A DNA stretch of 61,312 bases, filler included, from Trypethelium eluteriae (taxonomy: Eukaryota), in the NCBI GenBank assembly GCA_051942245.1. It is 2 parts of 2 records of this genome, joined end to end, with 100 filler letters (N's around TTAATTAATTAA, not from the genome) between each part and the next. Parts side by side here need not be neighbours in the genome. Positions count along the whole stretch, not along the records: positions 30,800 to 61,312 come from JAVECL010000285.1; 1 more part is not named here. One strand, given 5' to 3'. The notes below the pieces were generated by a model. The model worked only from the letters and a program-made list of their open reading frames with translations, made no database searches and had not been told where the DNA came from. Made by a program: the position numbers and the translations under genes. Shown here piece after piece: positions 36,074 to 48,094 of the stretch. Every line of letters starts with the position of its first letter. The first letter of the stretch is position 1.

Positions 36074-38810
36074 CTACACCATAAACAACCCAGCCACCGC
36101 CGCAACACTAGTCCAACACCTCCAATCCAAAAACAGCATCCTCTCCGCTCCACTTCCAGGCGGCGTACTGCTCGCTCCGATCCCCGTCGCCACATAGTTC
36201 CCCACCCCAGGACCACTGCTCCCCCCAAGCGTCGAAGCAGACGTAGATGCAGAGGGAAACGACGACGTCTGCCCATTAATCACGACCGCGCTCTCTGTAC
36301 GCTGCCCGGACGTAAGCGTCGGCAGACTAATTGTCGACCCGTCAATCGTGAGCGCCGACCCGCCCGGCACCAGCGTCTCCCCGGGCCCGAGCACGTACTC
36401 GACGGTACCAGAGATCGTAGTCGCACTGTACGTCTGGCCGCCGACAGTCAGCGCTGGCGCCCCCGTTGCGTCGGCCGCAGCGTTCGCGACAGGGACGGCG
36501 CCGGAGCCGAGAGTCGACGTATGTCCGTTGATGACGATGTCGGAGGCGCCGCTGCCTGCGGGGAGACTGTACGTAGTCCCTGAAACCGTGAGGGCTGGGC
36601 CACCAGGGAGAAGGGTTTCACCTGGAGCGAGGACGAAGCCGCCGTTGGGGGACTGCGTGATGACTGACCCGCCGACGTTGATGGTCGGGGTGGCGGCGCT
36701 GGCGGGGAAGGAGGAGGTCTGGCCGTTGATAATGACGCCGGAGCCGCTGCGGGCTAGGCTGAAGGTGCTGCCGGAGACGGTGAGGGCGGGACCACCGGGG
36801 AGGAGGGTCTCTCCAGGCGCGAGGACGAAGCCACCGTTGGGGGACTGCCTGATGACCGACCCTCCGACGTTAATAGTTGGGGTGGAGGCGCCGGCAGGCA
36901 AGGCAGAAGTCTGGCCGTTGATGACGACGGCGGAGCCGCTGGGGAGCAGGCTGAAGGTGCTGCCGGAGACGGTGAGGGCGGGTCCGCCGGGCCGCAGGGT
37001 CTGGCCGGGGGCGAGGACGAAGCTGCCGCCGCCGGGAGCGGGGGTGACGGCGGATCCGCCAACGTGGAGGGTTGCGGCGGGAGTGGAGCCGGCGCCTGCA
37101 GCGGCGGCGGGAGAAACTTGGAATGTGGAGCTGCCGCCGACGATGAGGGCGGAGCCGGTTGAGGGGAGGGAGACGGGCACGCCGTTGATGGTGGTGGCTT
37201 GGTCGGGGGCGAGAGTGATAGAGTTGCCTATTACCACGCCACCAGAGCCTGAGTTGGAGCCTGAGTTAGAGCCTGGATTAGAGCCTGGGTTCGAACCTGG
37301 ACTTCCAGAGCCCGAAGACCCAGTGCTAGGGAGAGCGGCAATGGGGAGAACGGAATTGCCAATCTGGACACTTTGAGGGGGAGGTGCTCCGTTCTCTGGT
37401 GAGACCCCCAAGCCAGAACCTGAGCCGGGGATATTTGAGCCAGAGGAACTTCCAGCATTGGGGTTTGGTGCCCCCTTTCCACTGATGATGCTTGCAATAC
37501 CACCACCAACAGCTGCACCGGTATTCGCAGGGGCAGGATTGTTGCCTTGTGGCGCGAAGTTGCCTCCATGACCTCCAGAGGAAGTTCCAGAGTTTCCGCC
37601 AGGGCCTGGAGATCCGGAGTTGCCCGTTGGCTGGGGATTAGTATTGCCAGCGCTGGGACCCGGCGCCGCATTGCCAGGTCCAGAATTCCCAGGCTCTGAG
37701 CCCCCAGGTTCTGAATTGTCTGGACTTGGGTTGCCGGAGCCTGAGTTGCTGGGGCCTGGGTTGCCGGGGTCTGGATTACCGCCACTACCACCAGCAGAAA
37801 TGGGAGGTCGCGGTTGCATTATCGGCTGCGGTGTGGGTGAATTGGAACCCGGAATTCCTGATGGCCCTCTTTCTACAATCGGCGCCCCAGTGACAGTGGT
37901 TAATTGATGCACCGTGCTCAACTGCGTGGGAGGAGCAGATGTCGACGCCGTCGATGGCAATGGCATCGTCCTGGGAGCGGACCCAGTAACGTTTCCACCA
38001 TCACGTGGTAGGAAAAGCTTGGGAAAATTGTCTCTCGCGTCTAATTCTCGAGGCTTGACTGAGACTTGGGCAGCTGGAGTTGTGATGGGAGGCGCACAGT
38101 CGCTGAGCGGAGTTCCAGACATGATAGATTGGACGTAGTCATAACCCTCTAGATAATTGAGAAGTGGAGTGGGGTAGGGGTTCACTCCTCCACCAACAGT
38201 TTGATTATTGTTCAAGGGAAAAATGAGATCTTGGTATTGAATTGGCTCGATAGGAACGAATGTCTGCATCGGTCGGATGCATGATGTTGTAGTCCCGGTT
38301 TCAGCGAGGAGAGCTTTGGGGCCGGCGATAAATTCTGAGTAATACACATAAGTAGTGGGGTATGTCCTATCCAAGTCAGAAAATCCATAGCGAAGAGCGC
38401 AGAGACGGGGACTCTTACAATGTGACGTTGTGTGTGGTCCACAGAAGGGTCTGGGTAGGAGTGCCAGTATAAGGAGCGTACGAAGTCGAGACGTTTCCGA
38501 TGGCTTCGGTGACGGTAGTGAACTCTGTGACATAGCTCGTAGAGTATGTAGTGCTGCGACCATCAATGACGGTAACCAATGGTCTTGCCGTCACGGTCAG
38601 GAAGACGGATGTTGTCAAGACGTAGGACGGGTAAGTGAGCAGAACAGAGTCAAGGGCACCAAATCGACAGCCGGTGCATGATGGAGGTGAAGGAGGTGCT
38701 GCCGTGATGATAGGAGAAGTTGCTGCTACAGAGGCCTCTGCGAGTGCAAGTCCAGCCCATAAAGCAACGAAGCATATCACTGCATTCTGCAGGGCCCGCA
38801 ATCCCAGCAT
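36074..38810 (-). CDS. Large secreted GPI-anchored mucin/adhesin-like protein with internal repeats, 2 exons (intron ~38368-38418)
   Basis: Signal peptide MLGLRALQNAVICFVALWAGLALA; G/S/P/N-rich linker; 64-aa repeats; hydrophobic C-terminus. Confidence 0.8.
36260..37080 (-). repeat. Intragenic ~192-bp (64-aa) repeat, about 4 units
   Basis: CTGGCCGTTGAT recurs at 36719 and 36911; unit TPTINVGGSV...FVLAPGETLLPGGPALTVSG...INGQTS. Confidence 0.85.
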
Positions 38811-39981
38811 CGTAGAAAACGCGCGCAGAGATGCGAACTCGAGACGGCAACGCCGGATCAGTGTCTTCCAAAACGATTGACGACGTGAGTGAGTGAAAGG
38901 AGCATAAGCGACAGGCAAGAAAGAGAGACAGTTCCTCGTCTGAGGAGACGCTCAGGCTGAGATTATTCAGGAAGAGCAAGGTACCGGTGACGGTGCATAA
39001 TGATCGTCTCCTCTATACAACCGTTGCTGGTGGGGATTTTACCATCCAGTTTCTACCTGGGGGGCTAAAGCAGTCTAGCCCACCCAGCTAGGATGTCTAT
39101 GGGCCGTAACCCTCTGCACCCAGTGCGCGGATAGGAGTCAAGACCGACTCAATCGCGCGCCCAATCGACTGGGCTTGAGAGGGTGAGAGCGTGGCTCATT
39201 ACGAGCTCTCGGGATGTAACCATATTGGCTCTGTGCAACGAACCGGATAGGGAGTGGTGGAGTGATGGCGGTGGTGGGAGCCAAGCTGGTCTTGGCACTA
39301 GCCTATTCTAGTGCTCATCCACAGCCGCAAAATCAATCTATCACCCGCTGACCCAATCCTCCTCCTCCTCCTCCAACCGAGCCATAACATTCTTTTTCTA
39401 TGACAATTTCTAGCTTCGAGGTCGCTCATGCGGGAGCCACAATACAGATGGACCTTGTTTGCGCGGTGTTGCGTCGCACAAGATGTGGCCACTTCACTTA
39501 CTTCCCTCCGACCAGCCAAAGTCAGAATGGTTGAGGACCAACACGGCATTGAATGATGAAGGGCGAGATAGCTAGCCTTTGGCTCTGTGCAGCCGTTTCA
39601 GGGCAGGCGTCGAATCAAGCTTGCCGGCCAAGAGCATAGCAGCGCCTACTAACTCTTCAGCCCCCACGGCCCCTGGCAATCTCTGCTTGATCCCCTCCCG
39701 GCGAACCTGACAGGAGTGGTAAGGTCGCGCCCGCCGGTGAGGTAATAATAGTCCTTATTCCAGATGCAGCACACTTATCCCCGCTGCCAGCAATCTGGGC
39801 CTGTATCTCCGGCTGTTTGTCAATCTTTTCTGCGTCGACTACTTTTCCCATCTCACGTTGAAAGAAAGACCGAAGGCGCCACCAAAATCACCGCGAGCAA
39901 TCCAAGCATGCGATCTTGACCCCTCAATGCTGGAAGACATTTCTGATCGTCGCTGGCGTTGGGACGCTGTAGGGTTGCGCC

Positions 39982-41923
39982 ATGGCTTTGTTACCGCGAC
40001 AGACGACACTTCCCGTGCCCTACGTGGTGCCAGCCAGTCAACAATTTGATGGCGATAAAGGCAGCTGGTCAACCTTCAGTATCAGCGTTGGATCACCACC
40101 ACAGGACTTCCGCCTTCTCGTCTCCACCGCTGCCTCCGATACCTGGGTCCCCATCGCTGGGGGCTGCACTCAGTATGATCTGCCCAATTGTCCTCAACTT
40201 CGCGGTGTCGAGTTATTCAACGGCGCTCAAACCTCGGGATTCGAATCAAACCAGTCTTCAACCTGGTCTTTGGTCGGGTTATATGCAGTCCAAACGGAGC
40301 AGCACCTTAATATCACGGGAAATGGACTCCATGGCTACGACACGGTCCATCTTGGATCCTCCCAGGATACGTCTGCTCTGTCAGTCGAGCATTCTGTTGT
40401 GGCCGCTATCCCGGACTTGGACATCTTTTTGGGACAATTAGGTCTCGGCATACAGCCAGTGAGCTTCTCAAGTGCGAGCACACCGGTGCCGTCCCTACTC
40501 CAGAGCTTGCGGAACAACAATCAGATTCCCAGTCTATCTTTCGGTTATACAGCAGGCAATCCTTATCGTAAGTCACTGATAGAATATCCATTATGCCAGT
40601 GCTGATACGTGGGGGTGTCCAGGGTTGAAAAAAGTAGACGGAAGCCTCATTCTAGGAGGATACGATTCAACCCGCTTTGCGCCAAATAACGTTTCGTTTA
40701 CTTTTGCCGGCAACGATGCATCTGCACTCACCGTCGGTGTCCAATCTATAATTACTTCTGACAGTCTCCATAGCACCCAAGCCTTCACATCTACTGGTCA
40801 CCTCTCAGTCATCGACTCCACTGTTGACGAACTCTGGCTGCCTGGAGACGTCTGTGATTCCATGGCTGATGCCTTCGGGCTCATTCATGATCCAGAATCA
40901 GATCTATATGTCCTGAATGATACAATACATTCGCAGCTGCAGCAGATTAATCCTAACATTACCTTTCAGCTTGGCAACACTGCCTACAATACCGGCAACA
41001 GTGTTAACATTGTACTCCCTTACTCCGCATTTGACATGCAAGCATCCTGGCCGATTTTTCAATCATCTTTCAACTACTTTCCAATTCGACGCGCCGCAAA
41101 TGATACTCAATATACAATTGGACGGACGTTGCTCCAGGAAGCCTACCTCGTTGTTGATTATGAACACCAAAACTTCTCGCTCTCACAAGCCGTCTGGCCA
41201 GATCCTCTCCCATCTTCCCAAATCGAGATAATTCAGCCTTCGAGTGCCGCATCTGCAACCTCTACGAATGGGCCATCCGCAAAATCTCTCGGCACCGGTG
41301 CAATCGCCGGTATTGCCGTTGGCGGCGCCGTCGTACTCCTGCTAATCGCATTTGGTGCCTTTCTCTTCTTCCGCCGCCGCCGACGACCGCACAAACATCA
41401 AGCCGTACCTAGTGGCTCCAACGTTTCCCCAGATTATAAGCCTGGCTTTGACGGTCAGAACAATAGTGCGAACAATCCCAACTACCAGGGCAGCTCGTAC
41501 TTCGGCCCGGAAAGAAAAGACACGCTTCATGGCCAACAACATGCGCAGGAACTACATGGTAACGAATATGGAGAAATGGATGGTCAGGGCTGGATGAGGA
41601 GCGAATTACCAGCAAGCAAACCAGGCGACGTGTCGAACGGGCGAAACATTAATGTTTATGAAATGTCCGCAGACACCGCAGGCACATGGAACTCAAGGCA
41701 AAGTCTGACGACGGGGACCTTGGGAAGTCAAACTGGAACGCAAGGGACCTGGGCCCCAAGCCCACCGCCATTTTCGGGAAGTTTCCACCCAAGCCGAAGT
41801 ACATCGCAAAATGGATCTCAATGGGGTGAGTCAACTATCGGGTCGCAGCACGGGTCGACAAATTGGTCCAATCAGGGAGCGACGTCTTCGAGCCAAGCGA
41901 CAAGGCCTTTTGAATTACCCTGA
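39982..41923 (+). CDS. Pepsin-like (A1) aspartic-protease-like single-pass membrane protein, 2 exons; 5' end anomalous
   Basis: ISVGSPPQDFRLLVSTAASDTWVP, FLGQLGLG, GSLILGGYD, VIDSTVDELWLP, IGRTLLQEAYLVVDYE; TM followed by RRRRR. Intron ~40568-40623. Confidence 0.85.
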
Positions 41924-42711
41924 GCAGTGGGACCATGAATTCATCGGTTGCTTGTTCAAAGTGGGAGGAGTCAAGAATTTAATTCGTTCACTCTACAGCT
42001 CCCGAAGTTGGCCGCTCGCCGCCACGGTCTTGAGGAACTCCCAATCATATTGCCGGGCGCTCGAAGAACCTTCCTTTTCGGAGCCTGCGGATGGGCCTTT
42101 CAGCACGCCAACTCTTCAAGCTTATGCCAAGGACGGTTGATCGCTTACACCTCAGCGATTACCAGATATCTCACCCTCAAACCTCTAATACGCGCTAAGG
42201 CGATGAGCTGAGGGTAGACTTCCGAAGGCTGGCGGACTGTAGCGATTCAGCTGCGCTGGGATGAGTGACGGGAAAAGAAGGAAGGAAGGAAGAATGGAAA
42301 TGAAATTTCTACATTTCACTGACTCTTGGCACGTCCACACGTAGTTGGCATTGTGCAAAAAGGGCTGAAGCGGGGATAAAATTTTCTTTGGTGTGTGTCA
42401 CCGCGATGAAAATCAACGACTGATACACTTCTCGATACGTATTCCTTGGTAGGAGAGGCAGATAACTTACGAAATGCTTGAAAAGCCTCGTTCACGTAGT
42501 CGCTTTGAAATTTCTAGGATAGACATGGCATGCATCGACTCAGATCGAGCCATCTCCCATCATTTGGCTGATAATTCATCAATAGCTAATATAATCTCGA
42601 ATCAGTGATAGACCAAATTCAAAACTATTCAAATTTCCCGATCAACGCTGAAGAACCCCTTCAAGACCTAGCGCCCGCGCTTTGCATTTCCTTTAATATT
42701 CCACTCATTCC

Positions 42712-43888
42712 TCAATACGTCGCCTCCAATCTCCTCATCAAATACTCCCCAGATTTGACCATCTCGTACTTCTTCTCCCTCCCCGGTACGCCCTCCTCAT
42801 ATGTCCCGGGAATGGCATCAATCGCCTTCTCGGAGTTCGGATTGCAGAAATACGCCACCGAATACCGCGGCGGATGCACCTCCCCTTCCAGCGGCGCGGG
42901 GGGCTCCACCACCCTATGTTTCGTCGATTTAATCACATCGTTCGACCAGCGCGCCAGCAGATCCGCCGCATTCACGACGATCGTGCCGGCGATGGGCGTC
43001 GCGTCGACGTACGTCCCCTCGGGGCTCTGCACCTGAAGGCCGCCACGCCCGTCCTGGAACAGCAGCGTGATGCTGCCGTAGTCGGTGTGGGCGCCCGCGC
43101 GCACCTGCGCCTGGTTCTGCGCGAACACCTGCTTCGACACTTCCGGGTAGTGTAACAGGCGCAGCGTGTTGTCGCCCGTGTCGGTGTACGAGTCGAAGAA
43201 GGATTCGGGGAGGGAGAGACCCAGCGCGATGGCGCGCATTACGAGCATGTGCAGGGATTGGCAGCGGGAGAAGAATTCTTGCATTACGGTTTTGAACTCT
43301 TTGGCTTCGGCTTCGGTGTGAGCGACGCCGTTGGTCGAGGTGCTGTGGGTTGAGGTGCCGTTGGTAACTCCATTGGTCATTCCGTTGATGGTATTGGGTT
43401 GGGAGTACAGCTTCTCATCGGGCCATTGGTTCGGACATCCTTCTTCTCCTTCTCTACCGATCTCGAAACTTTCTTTCAGGTCTGGTACGCCATCCCGCAG
43501 TTTTTCTATCTCCCCTCGATCAGTAAGCTGTGTCACCTTCTCTTGTCCCAGTGCACTGTAGCCTCTGTTTGCTCTAGCAGTTGTCCATGCAAGTGCCTCC
43601 TTTTGTGCTTTGGGACGAGTAAAGAACCGGGCAGATTGCGCAAAGACTGCTTCGACTACATCGGGTGGAATCGGGTGGTTTTTAAGATAGATGAAACCGG
43701 CGGTGGTGAAGCCGTGCAGAACTGCGCGTGCAGTCTCCTGTTTCGCAGTAGAAGCGCCAGAAGTGAAGAGGGAGAAGTCAATGAGCTGTGTCGGCGTCAG
43801 CATTAGCTCAGAACTTAGTCAAGGGAAAGATGTGGAGCCGTACGGGAATGTGGAGACTGTCTTTCGAGACGGCAGTTTCCGCTGCCAT
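42712..43888 (-). CDS. Thymine 7-hydroxylase (thymine dioxygenase), 2OG-Fe(II) oxygenase, 2 exons (intron 43786-43843)
   Basis: Spliced MAAETAVSKDSLHIP|LIDFSLF...GFIYLKN...WTTARANRGYS...EKVTQLTD...KESFEIGRE closely resembles Neurospora T7H as recalled. HTD, HRV and RYS Fe/2OG motifs. Confidence 0.88.
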
Positions 43889-44331
43889 TTTCCTGGGGAT
43901 ATTTTCTGTAACTTACACAGATTCGGAGTGCGAAGGCTGCGACGTCGCAATGCTATTATACGGAGGGAGGAGTATTTGAGAAGATATCTGGCTGCTGTTG
44001 TCGACTGTTGAAAGACGGCAATTCCTAAAGCGGTAGGGTGTTGATAGTGGGGGAGGGGGTGGGGTAAGTCGCGATAAGAACCCTACAACAAATATTCCCT
44101 GCATTACAACAATGCCTTGATTTTCATGACACATGAGTTGATATAAACCATAAGCTTTTACACCTGCACTGCGAAGTTGTTCTTGGAAGAATCCAAAGTT
44201 TCAATTCCACTCTGTTCCTAGCTTTCTATTTCGATTGATCGAAGATCAAACTCAACTAGCTTTCTCCTCTAGATCGTCATTCTTTCAATACAGGGAACCT
44301 ATCTCCCACATTTTCTCTCAAGGTCGTCAAT

Positions 44332-45474
44332 ATGAATATCTCAGATATTGTCAATTCCCCAGGAGACTCGTTACCCGAAGCAGAATCAGGTGTAGTAGAC
44401 ATACATACACACATCTATCCGCCCTCTTATATGGCCCTTCTCCGTTCTCGTACTACCGTCCCTATGATCCGCGACTTCGAAGACGCTGGATCTCGACTTA
44501 TCATTCTACCAGGCGAGAATGATCCATCTACTCCGTCGATAGCTCGTGGGCGTCCAGTTGGAGCAGATTTTTACGACATTGAGCGAAAAATTGCGTTCAT
44601 GGACAAACACCATATTCAGACTTCAGTCATCTCACTTGCAAATCCTTGGCTCGACTTTCTCCCTTCCAACGAGGGAGCGGAAGCCGCAAGAAGAGTCAAC
44701 GATGATATCGATGCGATGTGCGGTCAGTTTCCTGGAAGGCTGTACGCATTTGGGACACTACCGCTCTCCGCGCCTGCAGACCAGGTCGTTGCCGAAATTG
44801 TGCGACTGAAAGACTTGACACACATCCGAGGTGTAATCATGGGAACCTCTGGCCTCGGTTCGGGCTTGGATGATCCTTCACTTGATGTCATATATGACGC
44901 CCTCGAGAAAACTAACTCGTTGATATTTCTACATCCTCATTACGGATTACCAAACAGTGTGTATGGACCAAGGGCAAGCGATTATGGACACGTGCTTCCG
45001 CTGGCACTAGGATTCCCCTTGGAGACAACTATTGCAATAACAAGAATGCTATTGAGTGGTGTGTTTGACCGATTTCGAAGATTGCAAGTTCTGGTTGCTC
45101 ATTCCGGGGGAACGCTGCCATTCCTGGCCGGGAGAATAGAAAGCTGTATCCTACATGATGGACATCTTGTGAGAGAGGGAAAGTTGGAGGGACGACGGAA
45201 AATCTGGGATATTCTAAACAATAATATCTACCTTGACGCGGTTATCTACTCAGAAGTGGGACTACGGAGTGCGGCAGCCGCGAGTGGGACGGATAGATTA
45301 ATGTTTGGAACAGATCATCCATTTTTCCCGCCGTTGGAAGGAGATAGAGAGCAAGAGTGGGCTAGTGTGGCTCTTAATACAGAAGCTATCAGGACCCTGT
45401 GCGCTGCTCCTTCAAGAGATGACCTAGCTATCATGGGAGGGAATGCACGAAAAGTTTTGAGGTTGAACTCGTGA
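44332..45474 (+). CDS. Uracil-5-carboxylate (isoorotate) decarboxylase, amidohydrolase superfamily
   Basis: VVDIHTHIYPPSY, SVISLANPWLDF, FLHPHYGLP, LALGFPLETT, AHSGGTLPFLAGRIESCI, LMFGTDHPFFPP. Confidence 0.9.
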   Translation: MNISDIVNSPGDSLPEAESGVVDIHTHIYPPSYMALLRSRTTVPMIRDFEDAGSRLIILPGENDPSTPSIARGRPVGADFYDIERKIAFMDKHHIQTSVISLANPWLDFLPSNEGAEAARRVNDDIDAMCGQFPGRLYAFGTLPLSAPADQVVAEIVRLKDLTHIRGVIMGTSGLGSGLDDPSLDVIYDALEKTNSLIFLHPHYGLPNSVYGPRASDYGHVLPLALGFPLETTIAITRMLLSGVFDRFRRLQVLVAHSGGTLPFLAGRIESCILHDGHLVREGKLEGRRKIWDILNNNIYLDAVIYSEVGLRSAAAASGTDRLMFGTDHPFFPPLEGDREQEWASVALNTEAIRTLCAAPSRDDLAIMGGNARKVLRLNS

Positions 45475-46687
45475 GCGAATGAACCTCTACATTGTAGCGT
45501 TGGAAGGCGATGCTTATGCTGTATCTCTTTCACTTCACTTGAATCTGTCAGCACAAAGGATCTGAGCTTCCAATGATGCGGCACCCTTCGATAACCTTCA
45601 CTTTCCGCACTCAGGGACGTTTCATACAGGTGTGGTACCTTGGGATCAAAGGTGATAATTCACACGTTCGGTAAGGACGTTATTGCCAGACTGCGAATCG
45701 CAATATCTGGTTGATCATGCTGAATTATGCCCACACTACACTGGAGAGAGGCATTGGTTGGCCGCTTAAAAGCTTTTGTCACAATTTGCAGAACTGCTCA
45801 AAACTGGCATCATCGCGCTATTGCCCAGGGTCTTTCAATTGCATACCTGACGTGCGTACTTCTTTCAAAAAGCCATTGGGGTTTAACGTTTTCATATGGC
45901 TCTTTCGTGTCTACTGGCGCTTTGATCCGTGAAAACATACAAGTGGAGTCTGTTTGCTAATGATAATGAGATGACGATAGTTTAGCCACGAATATATGAA
46001 GACAGAATGACCGCATGCAAAGTTCACTTCTGTTTTGAGGCGGACTTTGTCCTCAATGATAGTGGAATAGAAGCAGGTCGAGATGAGTGAGACAAAGCGC
46101 AGAAGTGGCAATTGATTGTTTAGACTAAAGACAGCTTTAATGTGCTAAGATGCCAAGCCTCTGTGTAAGTGCTCGATAATAGAGTAATCCGAACCGAAAG
46201 CTCAGCAAGAGTGCCAGCTCAGATTATACACGGACGTAAGGGACTTGCTCCCATTTCCCTAGCAATGGAAAATGCTTGAAACCGGGTATCACGCTAAAAT
46301 CACCATTCTCGGTGAAGCTCGCCTCTAATAACAAGTGAAATTGGAATTGGTGTATACGCTGGTTGCACCTGAAGTGCAGTTCTCGAGGCTGACCTCCGAA
46401 TCGTCCGGACCCACTATAAAATACGAAGTTGAAGCCAAGTTGTGTGTCAATGGCTGTCAAAACCATGACTTGGACTCGAGTGATTAGTACCGAATCTTTT
46501 GGCCGGTCCGGATGTCGGAACACTAGCCAAGAATATATGCAATGATTCAATTCCCTTCCTTAGTTCTAGGGGAGCCTCTGTACTGAACACGCTCGATAAT
46601 CGGACCTTCGCCAGGAACACGGTTGGTCGCCCAATGTCGAGTCGCTTGACCAATGGATGGTTTGCGAAGTGGAGTTGTGTATGATGG

Positions 46688-47755
46688 TCAGGCTTGCCGA
46701 ACTTCATTTTCGCCAATAAAGACTTTACTCTTGATCTCCCCAGCCATTAGCCCCACAGTCTCCTCTGCCGTCACACGATTGCTTGCTTTCACCAGCTGTT
46801 CCAGTTGAGCATCTTTGTCATGGCCACGAACAGACCCTACCCCTCGGGACTGAGCCTTGACCTTCTCCTGGTAGCCATGGGTTTTCTTTGCAAGATCAGC
46901 AATCTGCTTTGTTCCGTAATCGCGATTCGTGAACAACGGGCTGGAAGACAAAGTTCCGACCCAGTACTTGTTCCATAGACTTTCCAGCAATTTCGTGTCC
47001 AGCGTAGACTTGAAGTGCGAGATCTCGAGCGAATAGTACTTGCTACTGTGCGCACCGAAATCCTCAATCTTGCCTGTCGGAATGCTTTGAAACCCATCAC
47101 TATCCACGCTGCCCTCGCTTCCGCTTTGGGGCGCATTATAATCATCTGGAAAGCACCGGAACGCCCCTATCTCGACCTTGCCGGCGCTGATTGTGCGATC
47201 GGGGTCTATCACGATTGCCACAAAGGGTCCGAGCATTTGCCAAGTGTTCTGAGTGCCGACGTCGATCCCTGAGAGCCAGCATCCATATCCCGGATGACTA
47301 TGGTACCAGCCAACCACGTCTTCGGCCTGACCTGCGAGTCGACTCAATTCTGGATATCGCGCCATATACTCCGTTGCCTCATCCTGTGCATTCACTCTTG
47401 TCTCCGTGCCCTCGACCGGTAGACGAAATGCGTCTCTGATTACAATGGTTTCATCGTGGATTGTGCCTTGCATGAGGCCCATGATTTCAATGGAGCCGCC
47501 AGAACGGGCGTGGATCACCATCTTGAGCAGTGCAACGGCGGAAATGCGGACGTATTTGAAGTGGTGGGGATCGGTCTTCCATGCTTTAGCATCTTGAACT
47601 GTGTCGAGCTGGGCTTTGTCGTAGTTGTAAAGGGCATCGCGAGTTGGATCGACGAGCTTGACAGCATTTTCTAGCTCTGGAACTTGTCAGCATCGACATC
47701 AATGAAAACGGGGGAAGGGTGGTGTACCCCAAGTCTTGAATGCCGTCGACCCCAT
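46688..47755 (-). CDS. CSN5: COP9 signalosome subunit 5 (JAMM deneddylase), 2 exons
   Basis: [15 protein letters not shown]...[36 protein letters not shown] motif [16 protein letters not shown]. Confidence 0.95.
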
Positions 47756-48094
47756 TGTTGATAGAGCTTGCAGAAATAGAGAAGAGGAGGGAGAGGAAGG
47801 AAAGGATGCGGACAAGATTAAGTACGAGATCAGGGTGTTTAAGTGAGCTTGCCGAGAGCTTTACATAAGTGACGTCCGAGGGGCAGCAGTATCGTAACAC
47901 TCGTGGTGGTCCCCGCGCAAGGAAAATCACATTACACCCCACACTTATCCTGCAGCAAAAGCTTCCAACGTCATGACAGATATCTCGGTCTACTCGCGAT
48001 TCATCGCCGCTTCGGCCTCAATTCCCTAAGATGTCGGCGAATCGGACGGATTCGCAAGTAAACCGGAGCCCCAAGGAAGCTCTAATAGGCTGCC

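Noticed and set aside
36348..37376. 342-aa plus-strand ORF
   Set aside because: Antisense shadow of the GC-rich repeat region of the mucin gene.
34498..45474. RNase T2 plus thymine salvage pair as a nucleic-acid scavenging cluster
   Set aside because: Separated by two unrelated genes, and RNA breakdown does not supply thymine; no evidence beyond proximity.
48031..48094. Upstream ATG and mini-intron extending ATG16
   Set aside because: The required intron is only ~31 nt with the branch site overlapping the acceptor; ATG 48095 already gives a typical Atg16 start.
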